Shown here: piece by piece, positions 9,635 to 20,900 of the stretch
How positions within the stretch are numbered: position 1 is the first letter of the stretch
Layout: every line of letters begins with the position of its first letter
Assembly: GCA_000165345.1 (NCBI GenBank)
Contig: CM000431.1
Coordinates: forward strand, 640,001-704,000
Length of the DNA stretch: 64,000 bases
Reading direction: 5' to 3'
Notes under the pieces: generated by a model
The model's database searches: none
The model's input: the letters and a program-made list of their open reading frames with translations, nothing else
Told to the model about the DNA's origin: nothing
Translations under genes and position numbers: made by a program

Positions 9635-10474
9635 ATGAATGCCTACTTAAATGCTTATTTTTCTGAAAAATCAACAAATGGGTTCTTATTCGAAAATAAT
9701 ATTGCAACTGCTCCCTGCCTATCTGACTCAACTGAGCTTAAAACAGTTAAAACTGGTACTACGATTGTAGGAGTTGCTTGCAACGATTGTGTTGTTCTTG
9801 GTGCAGATACTAGAGCAACGAATGGTCCTATTGTTGCAGATAAAGATTGCGAAAAGATACACCGACTTTCAGATAACATTTTTGCTGCTGGGGCAGGAAC
9901 TGCTGCTGACCTTGATCATGTAACTTCTCTTATTGAGGGGAATTTAGAATTGCAGAAACTTCAAATGAATCGAAAACCCAGAGTAGCGCATGCGGTTTCT
10001 ATGCTTAGCGACCACTTATATAAATACCAAGGCTATATTGGTGCCCATTTGATAGTTGCAGGCTCCGATTCTACAGGAAATTTTGTATTCCAAGTTTCAG
10101 CAAATGGTTGTATCATGCAGTTGCCGTTTACATCTATGGGGAGTGGTTCTCTATGCGCAAGGTCGATATTAGAAGCAAGGTATAGGGATGGTCTAACAGA
10201 GAGTGAATGTGTAGAATTAGTTTCAGATGCGATTAGGGCAGGGATTTATAATGATCTCTATAGTGGAAGTAACGTAAATATTCTTATTATCAAAAACAAT
10301 TATGTTAAACATTTCAGACATTTTGATACTAAGGCCAGTGAAAGAATCTACCGACAGCCAAAGCCCATTTCATTTCCCGTTGGTACAACTCCAATTATTG
10401 CAGAAAAGACGGAAGATTTGAGCTCATTTGTTGTGGAGGTATCTGAAGTACAAATCGATGAAAATATGGATTAA
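9635..10474 (+). CDS. Proteasome subunit beta type-7 (beta2/Pup1).
   Basis: Short propeptide followed by G|TTIVGVACNDCVVLGADTRATNG...GSGS, matching the beta2 family. The ORF track starts at TTG 9566; first ATG is 9635. Confidence 0.9.
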   Translation: MNAYLNAYFSEKSTNGFLFENNIATAPCLSDSTELKTVKTGTTIVGVACNDCVVLGADTRATNGPIVADKDCEKIHRLSDNIFAAGAGTAADLDHVTSLIEGNLELQKLQMNRKPRVAHAVSMLSDHLYKYQGYIGAHLIVAGSDSTGNFVFQVSANGCIMQLPFTSMGSGSLCARSILEARYRDGLTESECVELVSDAIRAGIYNDLYSGSNVNILIIKNNYVKHFRHFDTKASERIYRQPKPISFPVGTTPIIAEKTEDLSSFVVEVSEVQIDENMD

Positions 10475-10604
10475 ATATTACTAAAATAGACTTTCAATAG
10501 GATAGACAAACTAAAACTTTAATCTCAAAATTTATGGTGGCTAGTGCCACCTGTTCCTTCAACCGTTAGTCCGATGTTTTTAGTAATTAAAGCTTGATCA
10601 TTAA

Positions 10605-11102
<498 letters not shown>

Positions 11103-11401
11103 TTAGAAACAAAAAAAAAAATAAAGAAGTGGACAGCATCAAAAGTAATTAAACATTAATATTGTACAGACACATTTATGTATTTAGCTTAAAATAATAC
11201 TCGATTTTCGAAATTTTGATTTATGAGTTTCTATCCTTAAATTTATATTTAAAAATAAACAAAATATGGTAAATATCAAACTCAAGATTTTATATTTAGT
11301 TTAAGATTGAAATTGTTGGTTCACTTTTTATTCTAGTTGAAATTCAAAGAAAAAATGTAAAATTAGTTTGCGCGCGTAGAATTTAGTCGTTACTTTTTAG
11401 A

Positions 11402-12231
11402 ATGTTTTTCAATAATCACAAAGAAAAGATATCATCTGAATTGGTAAGTTACTGCCTATCAAATTTGGGTTATTGTAATTTCTGTAGCTTAAGAATATAG
11501 GGAAGGATGGCATTTCTATTGAACTAACAAATATTGAACCATACATTATTAAAGATTTGATGCAATCATTCATTTACACTGAGGGTAAGTCGGACAACTA
11601 GATATAACGAATAAAATAAATTGATGTAGATATTAATACCACCAAACAACGAAATTCCAATTTTCCGAAGTTTCAGTTTAGTTTTTCTAAGGGTGACAAT
11701 TTTAATAGTCAATTATACGGCGGCTGTCCGAGCTGTGGTAATTCGTATGACTTCTTGTTTTTATTAGATGCTTTTGAGAACGAGTACACATCATCGTCTC
11801 ACAATTTGATTGAAAACCATTATTTGAGATGCAAAATATGTAATTACCGATTTTTGAAATTACACAATCATAATTCTTCAGATTCTACAATTAATACTAA
11901 TAGTAATTCTTTTGAGAAGAAGCGCATTTATATAACAGGTATTAGAAAATCGTTATGTTTTGGAACTAACAATAAGTGGTGGGCAAAGTCTATTAGCGTT
12001 GGGAAAAGAATAGAAAAAGAGTCAGATAATAAGTCAGGGAAATCCAATAGTGTTATTAGGGTTCTTGATGCTATGCATAAAAAGAAGGCTCCTAAAATCC
12101 AGGAAATTTGTCCTGAATGCTCACATAACGAGGCATTCTTTACTCAATTCCAGGCTAGATCTGCAGATGAGGGTACTACAGTCATGTATGAATGTTGTAA
12201 ATGCCAGCATCGTAGGGTTATTAATAATTAA
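11402..12231 (+). CDS. RNA polymerase zinc-ribbon subunit of the RPB9/RPA12/RPC11 family (closest to A12.2). Spliced model: join(11402..11443,11500..11584,11630..12231); only the last exon is secure.
   Basis: C-terminal TFIIS-type ribbon CPECSHNEAFFTQFQARSADEGTTVMYECCKCQHR. The N-terminal ribbon CPSC...CKIC lies in frame upstream of the track's TTG start with no in-frame ATG back to a stop at 11617, so an upstream exon is required. GTAAGT at 11585 with acceptor ...GATGTAG at 11629 gives a 45-nt intron; a second GTAAGT at 11444 follows an ATG mini-exon. Confidence 0.6.
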
Positions 12232-12267
12232 CGTTTATTTTCTCAACTAGCACTTTTTTTCTTTTAT

Positions 12268-12287
12268 TATGCGCTCTATATTTGCGC
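12268..12287. promoter_or_regulatory. Two E2F-like GCGC core sites (TATGCGC, TTTGCGC) about 40 bp upstream of the TBC gene.
   Basis: ttatGCGCtctatatttGCGCtcat. Confidence 0.3.
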
Positions 12288-12325
12288 TCATCTTTTTTTC
12301 AATCAAATAACTTTATTATGGGTTA

Positions 12326-13435
12326 ATGTCTCTTGACGTTCTTATTAATTCAACTGAGCCTACAAAAGAGGGTCGTTTTTTGTCCGTTTTGGAACAGGAA
12401 TGTATTGATATTAAACTTTTACAAGACTTACTTTGGTCCGGTGTTCCTAGAGGTTCTCCGCCAGAGTTACGAAGAGATGCCTGGCAGATAATGCTGGGAT
12501 ATCTACCACCGAGGAAAGATCGAAAGAATTCGTATAAACTTAAAAAAATCAACGAATATAGATTGCTTTTGAAAGAACATATTGAACATGATAATTATTC
12601 TGAACAAGAAAAGAAGATATTAAGGCAGATTAGGGTAGATCTCCCCAGAACCTCAATTGAATATGAATCCTTAAAAAACCGAATAATTCTTGATTTAATG
12701 GAAAGAGTATTATTCCTTTGGGCAATTAGAAATCCTGCTAGCGGATATGTACAAGGAATTAATGATTTATTACCTCCTTTTCTCGTAGTTTTTCTACTTC
12801 CGTTCTCTCCAGAAGGCGATATTGAACTTCTAGATATCAATAAAATATCTTCTGAAAGGATGTTTGAGATTGAGGTTGAAATATATTGGTGTTTAACGAG
12901 GATGCTTGATACGTTACAAGAAAATTATGTTACAGAACAACCAGGAATACACAAACTTATTGTGCACCTACAAGATATTATAAAAAGGACAAACAAGCCT
13001 TTATTCCAACATTTGAAAGAACAGGGTGTTGATTTTCTGCAATTTTCATTCAGATGGATGAACTGTTTGTTGACCAGAGAATTCCCCACAAAGTGTGTTG
13101 TGAGGCTGTGGGACACATACATTGCAGAAAATACTCTCAATAAAACAAATAAGCCACTAAGATCAAGCTCAATTACATCATTAGATCAGATTCCTACTGG
13201 AAACAATGTAATTTCACATTTTAATGCGTTTCATGTTTATGTTTGCGCAGCATTCCTGTTGCACTGGGAAAAAAAGCTTAGAAATATGGAATTTTCAGAA
13301 ATCATGTTGTTTCTGCAAAATTCTCCTACAAAAAATTGGACAGAAAGAGATATTGACTCACTTCTTGCGCAGGCATTTGTTTTGCAAAGTTTATTCCATT
13401 TTTCTCCGAGACATCTAATTGATTATTCTAATTGA
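12326..13435 (+). CDS. TBC-domain Rab GTPase-activating protein (Gyp1/TBC1D22-like).
   Basis: Arginine-finger motif RQIRVDLPRT and glutamine-finger YVQGINDL, followed by RWMNCLLTREFP. Confidence 0.8.
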   Translation: MSLDVLINSTEPTKEGRFLSVLEQECIDIKLLQDLLWSGVPRGSPPELRRDAWQIMLGYLPPRKDRKNSYKLKKINEYRLLLKEHIEHDNYSEQEKKILRQIRVDLPRTSIEYESLKNRIILDLMERVLFLWAIRNPASGYVQGINDLLPPFLVVFLLPFSPEGDIELLDINKISSERMFEIEVEIYWCLTRMLDTLQENYVTEQPGIHKLIVHLQDIIKRTNKPLFQHLKEQGVDFLQFSFRWMNCLLTREFPTKCVVRLWDTYIAENTLNKTNKPLRSSSITSLDQIPTGNNVISHFNAFHVYVCAAFLLHWEKKLRNMEFSEIMLFLQNSPTKNWTERDIDSLLAQAFVLQSLFHFSPRHLIDYSN

Positions 13436-14574
13436 TGCGGTACCGCAAAAAAAAACAAAAAAAAATGAATAGACTTAAGAATGCAATATTTACTTTACAG
13501 TCAAAAAAAACGGTTATTTCTATTTGTAAGCATATAGGCCTATTCAAAGATTTGGCCCTTCAAGTAGATTTAGTGAAAAATATTTTAAACTGTGAAATTT
13601 TGAAAAAATATCCGCTCCCTTTAATTTACCAAAGAAATTTAATATGTGAAATTGTAAAAATTATTGAGAGTGCTGGCGATGAAGTTTCTGATGAGTTATA
13701 TATGCATCTGTCTCAATTAATGGGTTCGTGCCACTCTAATTTAGTTTCTCATATTATCATTACTTTCCCTAACAATCAAACTGATATTTGTTTGAATTCT
13801 TCAAATCTAGTGAACTCTGGGAATTTTGTATTTGGATTTGAAGAATGTAACTTAGTTGGAATGAGACCTTGGTCTGCTGGATATCGACTTGTAGAATGGC
13901 TGATTCATTCTGTAAATCTTGGAAGAAATGTTGCTAATTCTGATTTAATTGAACTTGGTAGCGGAATTGGTATTTCAAGTATTATACCATATTCGGTTCT
14001 ACCTATAAAAAGTATCTGCTCTACAGACCACGATCCGAAAATTATTAATAACCTTAGATATAACTTTGAAATTAATGGAATTTTGTTAAACTCAGAATTT
14101 GAAGAACATGCCAAATCTAATTCTAATAAAAAATATGCGAGAGTAATGTGTCTTGACTGGGAAACTATAAATATTAACATCGCAAAAGAAATTCTCAAAC
14201 CTTTAAAAAATCCTATTATTATCTCATCTGACGTAATTTATGATAATGATTTAACTCTTTTATTTGTTAGAACCCTTAGATTCTTTTTATCATCTTGTCA
14301 TGAAAAAAAATTTGGTTCTTATCATAAGAAATGTATTAGTAAGGATCCCAAAAATAAATCGGTTAAATGGGATGAGCTTCAAGAAGCAGATTTTGGCTCG
14401 ATGTCAACATATGCAATCTCTGTAAACACAGTAAGGAATCAGCATACCATTCAATACTTTGTCGATTGCTGTATTGAAAATGGCTTGACAATCTCACGTG
14501 ACTCTAAAGTCATTCCTATGATATTTAATATTGAGTTGGATACACCAACTGTCATTTTCATTATTAGCTATTAA
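13435..14574 (+). CDS. Class I SAM-dependent methyltransferase (METTL21/FAM86-like lysine methyltransferase).
   Basis: MRPWSAGYRLVEWL...LIELGSGIGISSI...ICSTDHD...CLDWE...IISSDVIYDNDL fits motifs I, post-I and II of family-16 methyltransferases. Its ATG 13435-13437 overlaps the TGA (13433-13435) of the TBC gene by one nt. Confidence 0.65.
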   Translation: MRYRKKKQKKMNRLKNAIFTLQSKKTVISICKHIGLFKDLALQVDLVKNILNCEILKKYPLPLIYQRNLICEIVKIIESAGDEVSDELYMHLSQLMGSCHSNLVSHIIITFPNNQTDICLNSSNLVNSGNFVFGFEECNLVGMRPWSAGYRLVEWLIHSVNLGRNVANSDLIELGSGIGISSIIPYSVLPIKSICSTDHDPKIINNLRYNFEINGILLNSEFEEHAKSNSNKKYARVMCLDWETININIAKEILKPLKNPIIISSDVIYDNDLTLLFVRTLRFFLSSCHEKKFGSYHKKCISKDPKNKSVKWDELQEADFGSMSTYAISVNTVRNQHTIQYFVDCCIENGLTISRDSKVIPMIFNIELDTPTVIFIISY

Positions 14575-14830
14575 TCTTATGAAATAAGATAAATATAGAA
14601 ACTCAATTATTCGACTTAATTCAAAGCTATTGCTTGATAGCCAATAATAATTATCAGTAACCTTTAAACATTTCGTAATTGCCTACTAAATAAATAATAT
14701 TAATATAGGGCTATTAAAATAATTAAAGTTTGGCCCAATATAAATAATGAGTTCTAATCTAGATAAGTTGTAAAGCAGACAAAGTATTCATCTGAGGGTT
14801 GGGAATATAATATATGTACATATATTTATA

Positions 14831-16015
14831 TTAATAAGCATTATTTTTAGAATTATTACACTCAATATCATATTTTTGATGCTTAAACGTAGATAATAGT
14901 GTTTTTAGAGACTCCGCAATATTTCCTGTTCTTGTAGAGTCATCGCTTGGGCGTTGTGTAATGATTGGGAATTTACCAAATTCACCCAAATTATTCGTTT
15001 CTTGAAAAGGAGCCGATGATTGATATAATAACCTAAAATCCGGATGAACGCGTAGATCATTACGATTAACATTTCGTTTTGAAAATTCGGAATATAATTC
15101 ACAGTGTGAAGCATCTCTTGCAACTAGTCTTTTGAGCACTCTGGAAGTGCCGCATTTTATAGGTTTGTACTTCTTTTTTGTGTTCAACGATGATTGCTGT
15201 TTATACCTTTCCTCGCTTGAAATGCGAAGAGATTTGTTACAAACACCTGAGTTCCGACTACTTGCAGTAGCTCTGGAGTCAGAATTTAACGTTCTGCTAT
15301 GCGTATTTGCAAACTGAATCTCTAAGATAACTCCATTAAAATCATAGCCATTCAAGGCTTTTTGAGATGCTTCTGCACCTCTAATGTCGTAGAACTCTAC
15401 AAACTTCTCTGATTCTCGCTTTCGATTACTGCTGACCTTTTTAACTTCGCCATAGGCGCAAAATAACTCTTTATAATCGTCTTCAGTATTCGGGTCGGTT
15501 GCAGTTTTATTACTTACAATCGGTTTAATATACAACGTTCCTGTATTAGTATCTCTCGAGGGCCTACCGTCTCTACCTCTAGAATACTGAGCATCAATTA
15601 TTCTTCCTTGAACTAAGGAACTTTTCAATGTATTTCTTGCCCCTTCCGCTTTTCTTATATCAAAGTATTCTACAAATGCAATTCCTTTACGAGGATATAC
15701 GGCAACTTTCTTCAGATCGCCAAATGGTTCGCAAAGTTCTCTAACGGAGTCTTCAGTCATATCATATGGCAGTTTACAAAGGTAGAGTGTTCTGGAAATA
15801 TATGTTTCAGTAATAGGATCATCCAAATCAGTTGTAATTACATGTTGACATGGATTTTTAGATGCGCCTTGATATTGAATCGAATAATTTTGGTGATTCG
15901 AATTTAAGAACAGCCTATTATCATTATTACTTGCAATACTCTGAGAATAAGGATCTGATCTAAACATTGAAACATGTTGGGTTGTTTTTCCCCAGAAACG
16001 TGACAAATGAAACAT
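14831..16015 (-). CDS. RNA-binding protein with two RRMs of the Mei2-like type.
   Basis: RTLYLCKLPYDMTEDSVRELCEPFGDLKKVAVYPRKGIAFVEYFDIRKAEGA and KFVEFYDIRGAEASQKALNGYDFNG; FV..YDIR.A is typical of Mei2-family RRMs. Confidence 0.7.
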   Translation of the reverse strand: MFHLSRFWGKTTQHVSMFRSDPYSQSIASNNDNRLFLNSNHQNYSIQYQGASKNPCQHVITTDLDDPITETYISRTLYLCKLPYDMTEDSVRELCEPFGDLKKVAVYPRKGIAFVEYFDIRKAEGARNTLKSSLVQGRIIDAQYSRGRDGRPSRDTNTGTLYIKPIVSNKTATDPNTEDDYKELFCAYGEVKKVSSNRKRESEKFVEFYDIRGAEASQKALNGYDFNGVILEIQFANTHSRTLNSDSRATASSRNSGVCNKSLRISSEERYKQQSSLNTKKKYKPIKCGTSRVLKRLVARDASHCELYSEFSKRNVNRNDLRVHPDFRLLYQSSAPFQETNNLGEFGKFPIITQRPSDDSTRTGNIAESLKTLLSTFKHQKYDIECNNSKNNAY

Positions 16016-16040
16016 TTGAAAAGCAATGGCTTACCGCCCA

Positions 16041-16066
16041 TAGAGGCGCCAAATAGCCGGCGCCTA
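16041..16066. promoter_or_regulatory. GC-rich palindromic element GAGGCGCCAAATAGCCGGCGCC (E2F-like GGCGCCAAA plus GCCGGCGCC), in the 52-bp gap between the kinesin stop and the RRM-gene ATG.
   Basis: It is the only GC-rich island in an otherwise AT-rich spacer; two GGCGCC hexamers 6 bp apart. Confidence 0.45.
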
Positions 16067-16067
16067 A

Positions 16068-17699
16068 TTAGTTTTTTTCTCTGTTGCGATTCGTTACACA
16101 GTTTTGAACTTTAGATGCAAACCTTAGAGAGCTAATAGTTTCGTTTATGGAATGTGAAGAAGGTGAGATGTGCACCAACATAGCTGCTTTACTATTTCCT
16201 CCAAGTGAATTTTTGAGAACCATTGTAAGCTTACTATTTCTAAAGGGTATATGATCCTTCCCCTGATTAATAGACTGAATTACATCTCCTAATGCACTCA
16301 ATGACTTATTGATAAACTGAGCTTCCTTCATTCTTTCTCCTGCAACACCGCTTTTGTTTACCCTTTCTGACCCGGCTAGGTCGATTAATGATAAGGTTGA
16401 ACTTATATTCCTTGAATCGGGGTTTGACTCGTCTGCGTCTTGACAGTGTTTTCCAGATATCTTCAACTGAATAATACTGTGCGATCTTGAACTTCTTTCA
16501 TTGCAATCTGTTGATGCCTCTGATCGGTGTTTGTGTGCCATTTTTAACAAATTATTCACATCGTTGATATTATTGACTTTGATTAAATTAATTCCAACAA
16601 TAGTTGCAGAACCAAATTGGTCTATTTTTACTTCCGAATTTTTCTGTTTAGGTGTAGTTAGGTCACGGATAGTTTCGTTATAAACTTCAATTGCGGAATA
16701 TTCAAGGTTATATGTCCATCCCTTTTCACAATTCCTATCTATATTATCAAAAATTAACTTAAGAGCTCTAGGAATCATCCCATATTCATTTACATCTTTC
16801 CCACCCAACATAGTGAATGTTTTTCCACTTCCAGTTTGTCCATAGGAAAATAAAGAAACATTGTAACCATCTAAAGCCGACTGTATTAGTTGTGAAACTT
16901 CTTCAAAAACCTCATGTTGAGTCGAAACTGAAGAGAAAATGTAGTCAAATTTAAATGTTAAAAGATTTGTACCTCTGGTAGTTGTGTTATTTATAGTAAT
17001 TGTTGATGCATCCTCCGAAATATCATACTTAATGCAAAAATCTTGCTCCGAAATTGTAGGAGGCCTAACTCTGCAAAATACTCGTATATTACCCCTTATA
17101 TCTTGTAATTCATTAAATAACTTTCTCCTGGTATCATTTAACAATATTGAGTGGCGCTGCAAGCGATACTTCCATGATAAAATTTCTTGGTTTGCAAGCT
17201 CTAACTGTTGAGCTAATGATAATCTTGCCGTATTTGCCCAATATTTTTTCTTAATAGTTTCATTTAAAACTTCTAACTTATTTTCAAGGTCTCTTTTTAT
17301 TATTGATTTCTCAGAAAACGTTTCTTTTAGTTCATTATTTTCGTTGGTTGCTTCATCATGCAACTGTTTTAATTTACCTAATTTTGTTTCAATTCTCAAT
17401 AGTTGATCTTTTTTATTGTCTAACATTTCCTTAAGATTTTTCTTTAATTCGTTCATTTCGTTCGTGTAAGATTTATGATCTTCCACCATAACGGATAATT
17501 TTTTTTTAATTGAATTAATTGTGTTACTTTTTTCTTTGTTGATCAAAATAAGATGGTCGGCATCATTTTGTCTTCTAATCAACAAATCCGAAAGTTCAGC
17601 TTGCTTACTTTCGAGATCATTGATTTTTTCTTGGAAAAATATATTAATATCCCCTTGTCTAGATTTATTATATCTTATTTGTGTATTTTCTCTTTTCAT
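16068..17699 (-). CDS. Kinesin-14 (C-terminal motor, Kar3/Ncd/KIFC1 type).
   Basis: N-terminal coiled coil, then neck IRVFCRVRPP, a P-loop GQTGSGKT, and switch regions SSRSHS and DLAGSE at the C-terminus. The track starts at GTG 17717; first ATG at 17699. Confidence 0.9.
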   Translation of the reverse strand: MKRENTQIRYNKSRQGDINIFFQEKINDLESKQAELSDLLIRRQNDADHLILINKEKSNTINSIKKKLSVMVEDHKSYTNEMNELKKNLKEMLDNKKDQLLRIETKLGKLKQLHDEATNENNELKETFSEKSIIKRDLENKLEVLNETIKKKYWANTARLSLAQQLELANQEILSWKYRLQRHSILLNDTRRKLFNELQDIRGNIRVFCRVRPPTISEQDFCIKYDISEDASTITINNTTTRGTNLLTFKFDYIFSSVSTQHEVFEEVSQLIQSALDGYNVSLFSYGQTGSGKTFTMLGGKDVNEYGMIPRALKLIFDNIDRNCEKGWTYNLEYSAIEVYNETIRDLTTPKQKNSEVKIDQFGSATIVGINLIKVNNINDVNNLLKMAHKHRSEASTDCNERSSRSHSIIQLKISGKHCQDADESNPDSRNISSTLSLIDLAGSERVNKSGVAGERMKEAQFINKSLSALGDVIQSINQGKDHIPFRNSKLTMVLKNSLGGNSKAAMLVHISPSSHSINETISSLRFASKVQNCVTNRNREKN

Positions 17700-17917
17700 T
17701 AAAATAGCTTTATTCACAAGTAAGATTAACTAACCCACATCAAAAGCATAACCGCTTTAAAAAAGAGCTGAAAATTTGAAAGCAAAAAGTTGTAAGTAAC
17801 TTTATCTAAATTTATTCAAAATTAATGTAATAACTAATTTTTTGCATTTCCTAGCTTTTCAACTGCATAGAGTATCGCGCTACAATAATTATAAAAAATG
17901 TATAATTAATTTAACTT

Positions 17918-20900
17918 ATGTCAAACAATACTTTTGAGGAAGTCCCAATTAGGGGCACAATTAAATTACTGCATGATAAGCTTTCTTTGCTATTCCGTTT
18001 GAGTATCTTAGAATCTACTGAGATCCTTCTAGAAATTGATGAGTCAATTTCAAAATGTGACGGCTATTGTATCTCATCTTGCGCAGAAGTTATTGTTCCA
18101 CCAATAATCATGGCAATTCACAATTGTATAAGGAATAAACTTCATCCAACTAATGAATTAAGTGGTTCGAATCATAACAAAAATTTAAATACGAAATCTT
18201 CTCTGCAATTGGAAGAACTATTAAAAATTCTCTTGAATGTCTTGCAAAAAATGAATTCAAAGACATCAAAAATCATTTTTAGTCGCATATCAAATGCTTT
18301 TTTTGATATACTTTACGTAATAACTGAAGTTCTACGTATATTTATTTACGAAAGAAATGAATTTATTATTGAATATAGTATTAAAATTGCACATCTAGAC
18401 TTTAATATTTTTTGGGAATATTGGGAACATAAAAATACAAATACGAATATAAATCAACATCTAATTATCCCTGTAATTATACAATTTTTATTATCAATAG
18501 CAATTCCCAGCAAAAATGAATTCAATTATTCAAAAGAAACCCAAACTTTAGCTCTAAAGTTATTATCTGAAATTCCAGGCATTATTGAAAATAATGATTT
18601 ATTAATAAAAGTGTACCCTGGAGTTATTCAAAGATTAAGCATACAACTAATTAATTCTATTGAGAAAGGTAGCTCCAAAAAACTAATAGAATTATCATTA
18701 TTTGCAATAATTGAATGGATAAGTAATTGTCTTTCTAACTTGAATCATGAAACGAAAAATATCTGCTCGAACATGGAAAATATTAAAAACACAGCTAAAA
18801 TATTGAACTATATTATCAAGTATAAAACATTAGAATTGAACTTAGATTGCTCATATAAAAGTGGTAATATAAATTATTTAAATGATAGCGTATGCATGTT
18901 AAAAGTTAAATCACTTTTCGCAAGTATTACAAGAATGTGTTTTACAGATTTATTTGATATTTTTTACGATAGCTTTGACGAACTTTTAATAACTTCTCTT
19001 GACTTTTTAATTTCATTGAAATCCGAAGGCAATTATAATAATCCACTAATTGATAATGTTCTTAATTCGATTTCAAAAAATCAAAGTAACAGAAAGATGA
19101 GGTCATTTTTTTCAAATTATTCTCGAAAGTTTGGAATTAATTTTGATCAAAGTAACACGGAAAAATTTACTTCGGTTGAACTTAATGAAGAAAATAATTT
19201 AACAGACTTTATTCGTAAACTAACTTTATATATTGGCTTCCATAAAACAGAAAATCAATTTTTTAAGCATATAATTTCCACATTTTGTGCAGAAAAAGCC
19301 TTCAACTTTTTTCTTATCATACTAATATCTAATCTAAACCTAACAATGTACGAAAAATCAATTAAAGATTCAAAGAAAAATTTTAGCTTCAATTTTAAAA
19401 ACCGATCGTTAAATAAGGAAAATTATATTCTGAAAGCAATCGATTTAACAGAAAGAACGAGCAATAATATATTCCAAAACTATTCTTATAATATTCCAAA
19501 TAAGAATGAGAGTATTATATCCAATGACAAACTGGAAGCTTTTCAGCTATATGGTGACTTATTCACCTTAACTTTTTTCAATATTAAGAGATTTGGGTTT
19601 GAGAAATCAAAAATGATTTCAAGCTTATTTATTAAATCAATTTCAATTTCAATATTAGATTTGAACTATGAAAAAATGGAGTGTAAATATATTCTTCAAT
19701 GTATTACGCAACATTTTGTAAAACTTTGTAATAGTGAGAGAGATAAACATATTCCTTTACAACATTTTATTTTATATATCTTAGTATGTAATGCCACGCA
19801 ACTCATTTTAAATCAATCAGTATTTGGCAATCCTCTATATAACGAACTGCCGAATTTTGAAACAAAAAATTTGCCAAATATTATAATTAGTTGGTTCAAC
19901 TTTGCTATTGAGGAATTAAGTATAGAACTTATTCAAGAGAGTATGTCAAATTATACAGAAATTAATAGAAATATTTTATTAATTCTTCTGGGAAATCTAC
20001 TATTAATTGCGAGAAATATTGGATTAGATGGAGAAATTTTTATTAAAAAACTTAATAAAGTCATAACGCAATTAATATCACTATATGGCTATGGCTCACC
20101 AATTACGAAGAAAATTGCAGCTTATATTCTAAACCAAATTTTTCTAATGTTAGGTTATTCATCATATAAATTTTCAATTAATACGATTATTAATGAATAT
20201 TCTCTTGAAATCATTAGGTCACTAGAAATTATGTACTATAAAGGCTATTCCGAGGAAAAAGTTGATCTAATCTTGACGGCTCTTCAGCATTGTAAATTGG
20301 GATTCATTTTGGAACTATCAGATTTAATTGAAAAGTTTAATGATATAAATATAAATAATAATCCTTGGATATTTGAATTTATTGCAATAATCACAAAACG
20401 TATAGCAAACTGCATTCTAACATATTGGGATAATTTTTCCTTTCATAAGATATTCAAGAACGCACAAATTTCTGCTTTCAAACAGAAACTTGAATCTTTC
20501 CAAACATTAAATACCACAATTAAAGAAATATACTATGAATATTTCTTAGATTATATAACTTCACAAGAGAATGACATTCCTAACTTTTATCCAACACAAA
20601 ATTTTATAAATAGTATTAAAAGCCAAAATATAGATCATTTAGATCTTTTTGAACAGGAATTACTGGAGGAAATTGATATTTCTAATGAAATTTCAAAAAT
20701 TCGTAAAGTTATTGAAAGAATGATTAATATTATCTATTCATATACATCAGAGAGTGATGAGAAGAATTTTAGCATTCAGGATCATCGATATTTGTCTACA
20801 TATTCATTATTAAATTGTATTTTTATACTTTCCACTGAGACAACTTGTTTATTTCCCTACGCAAATATGATAATTCCTGGGATAATTAATCAATGGATGG

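Noticed and set aside
11487-11584. First attempt to join the RPA12-like exon 1 (11402..11443) to an exon starting at the CTGTAG acceptor at 11486
   Set aside because: That frame hits TGA at 11535-11537. Only the frame entering at 11500 (acceptor ATATAG) is open through to the GTAAGT at 11585, so the exon model was revised. The exact first intron is still tentative.
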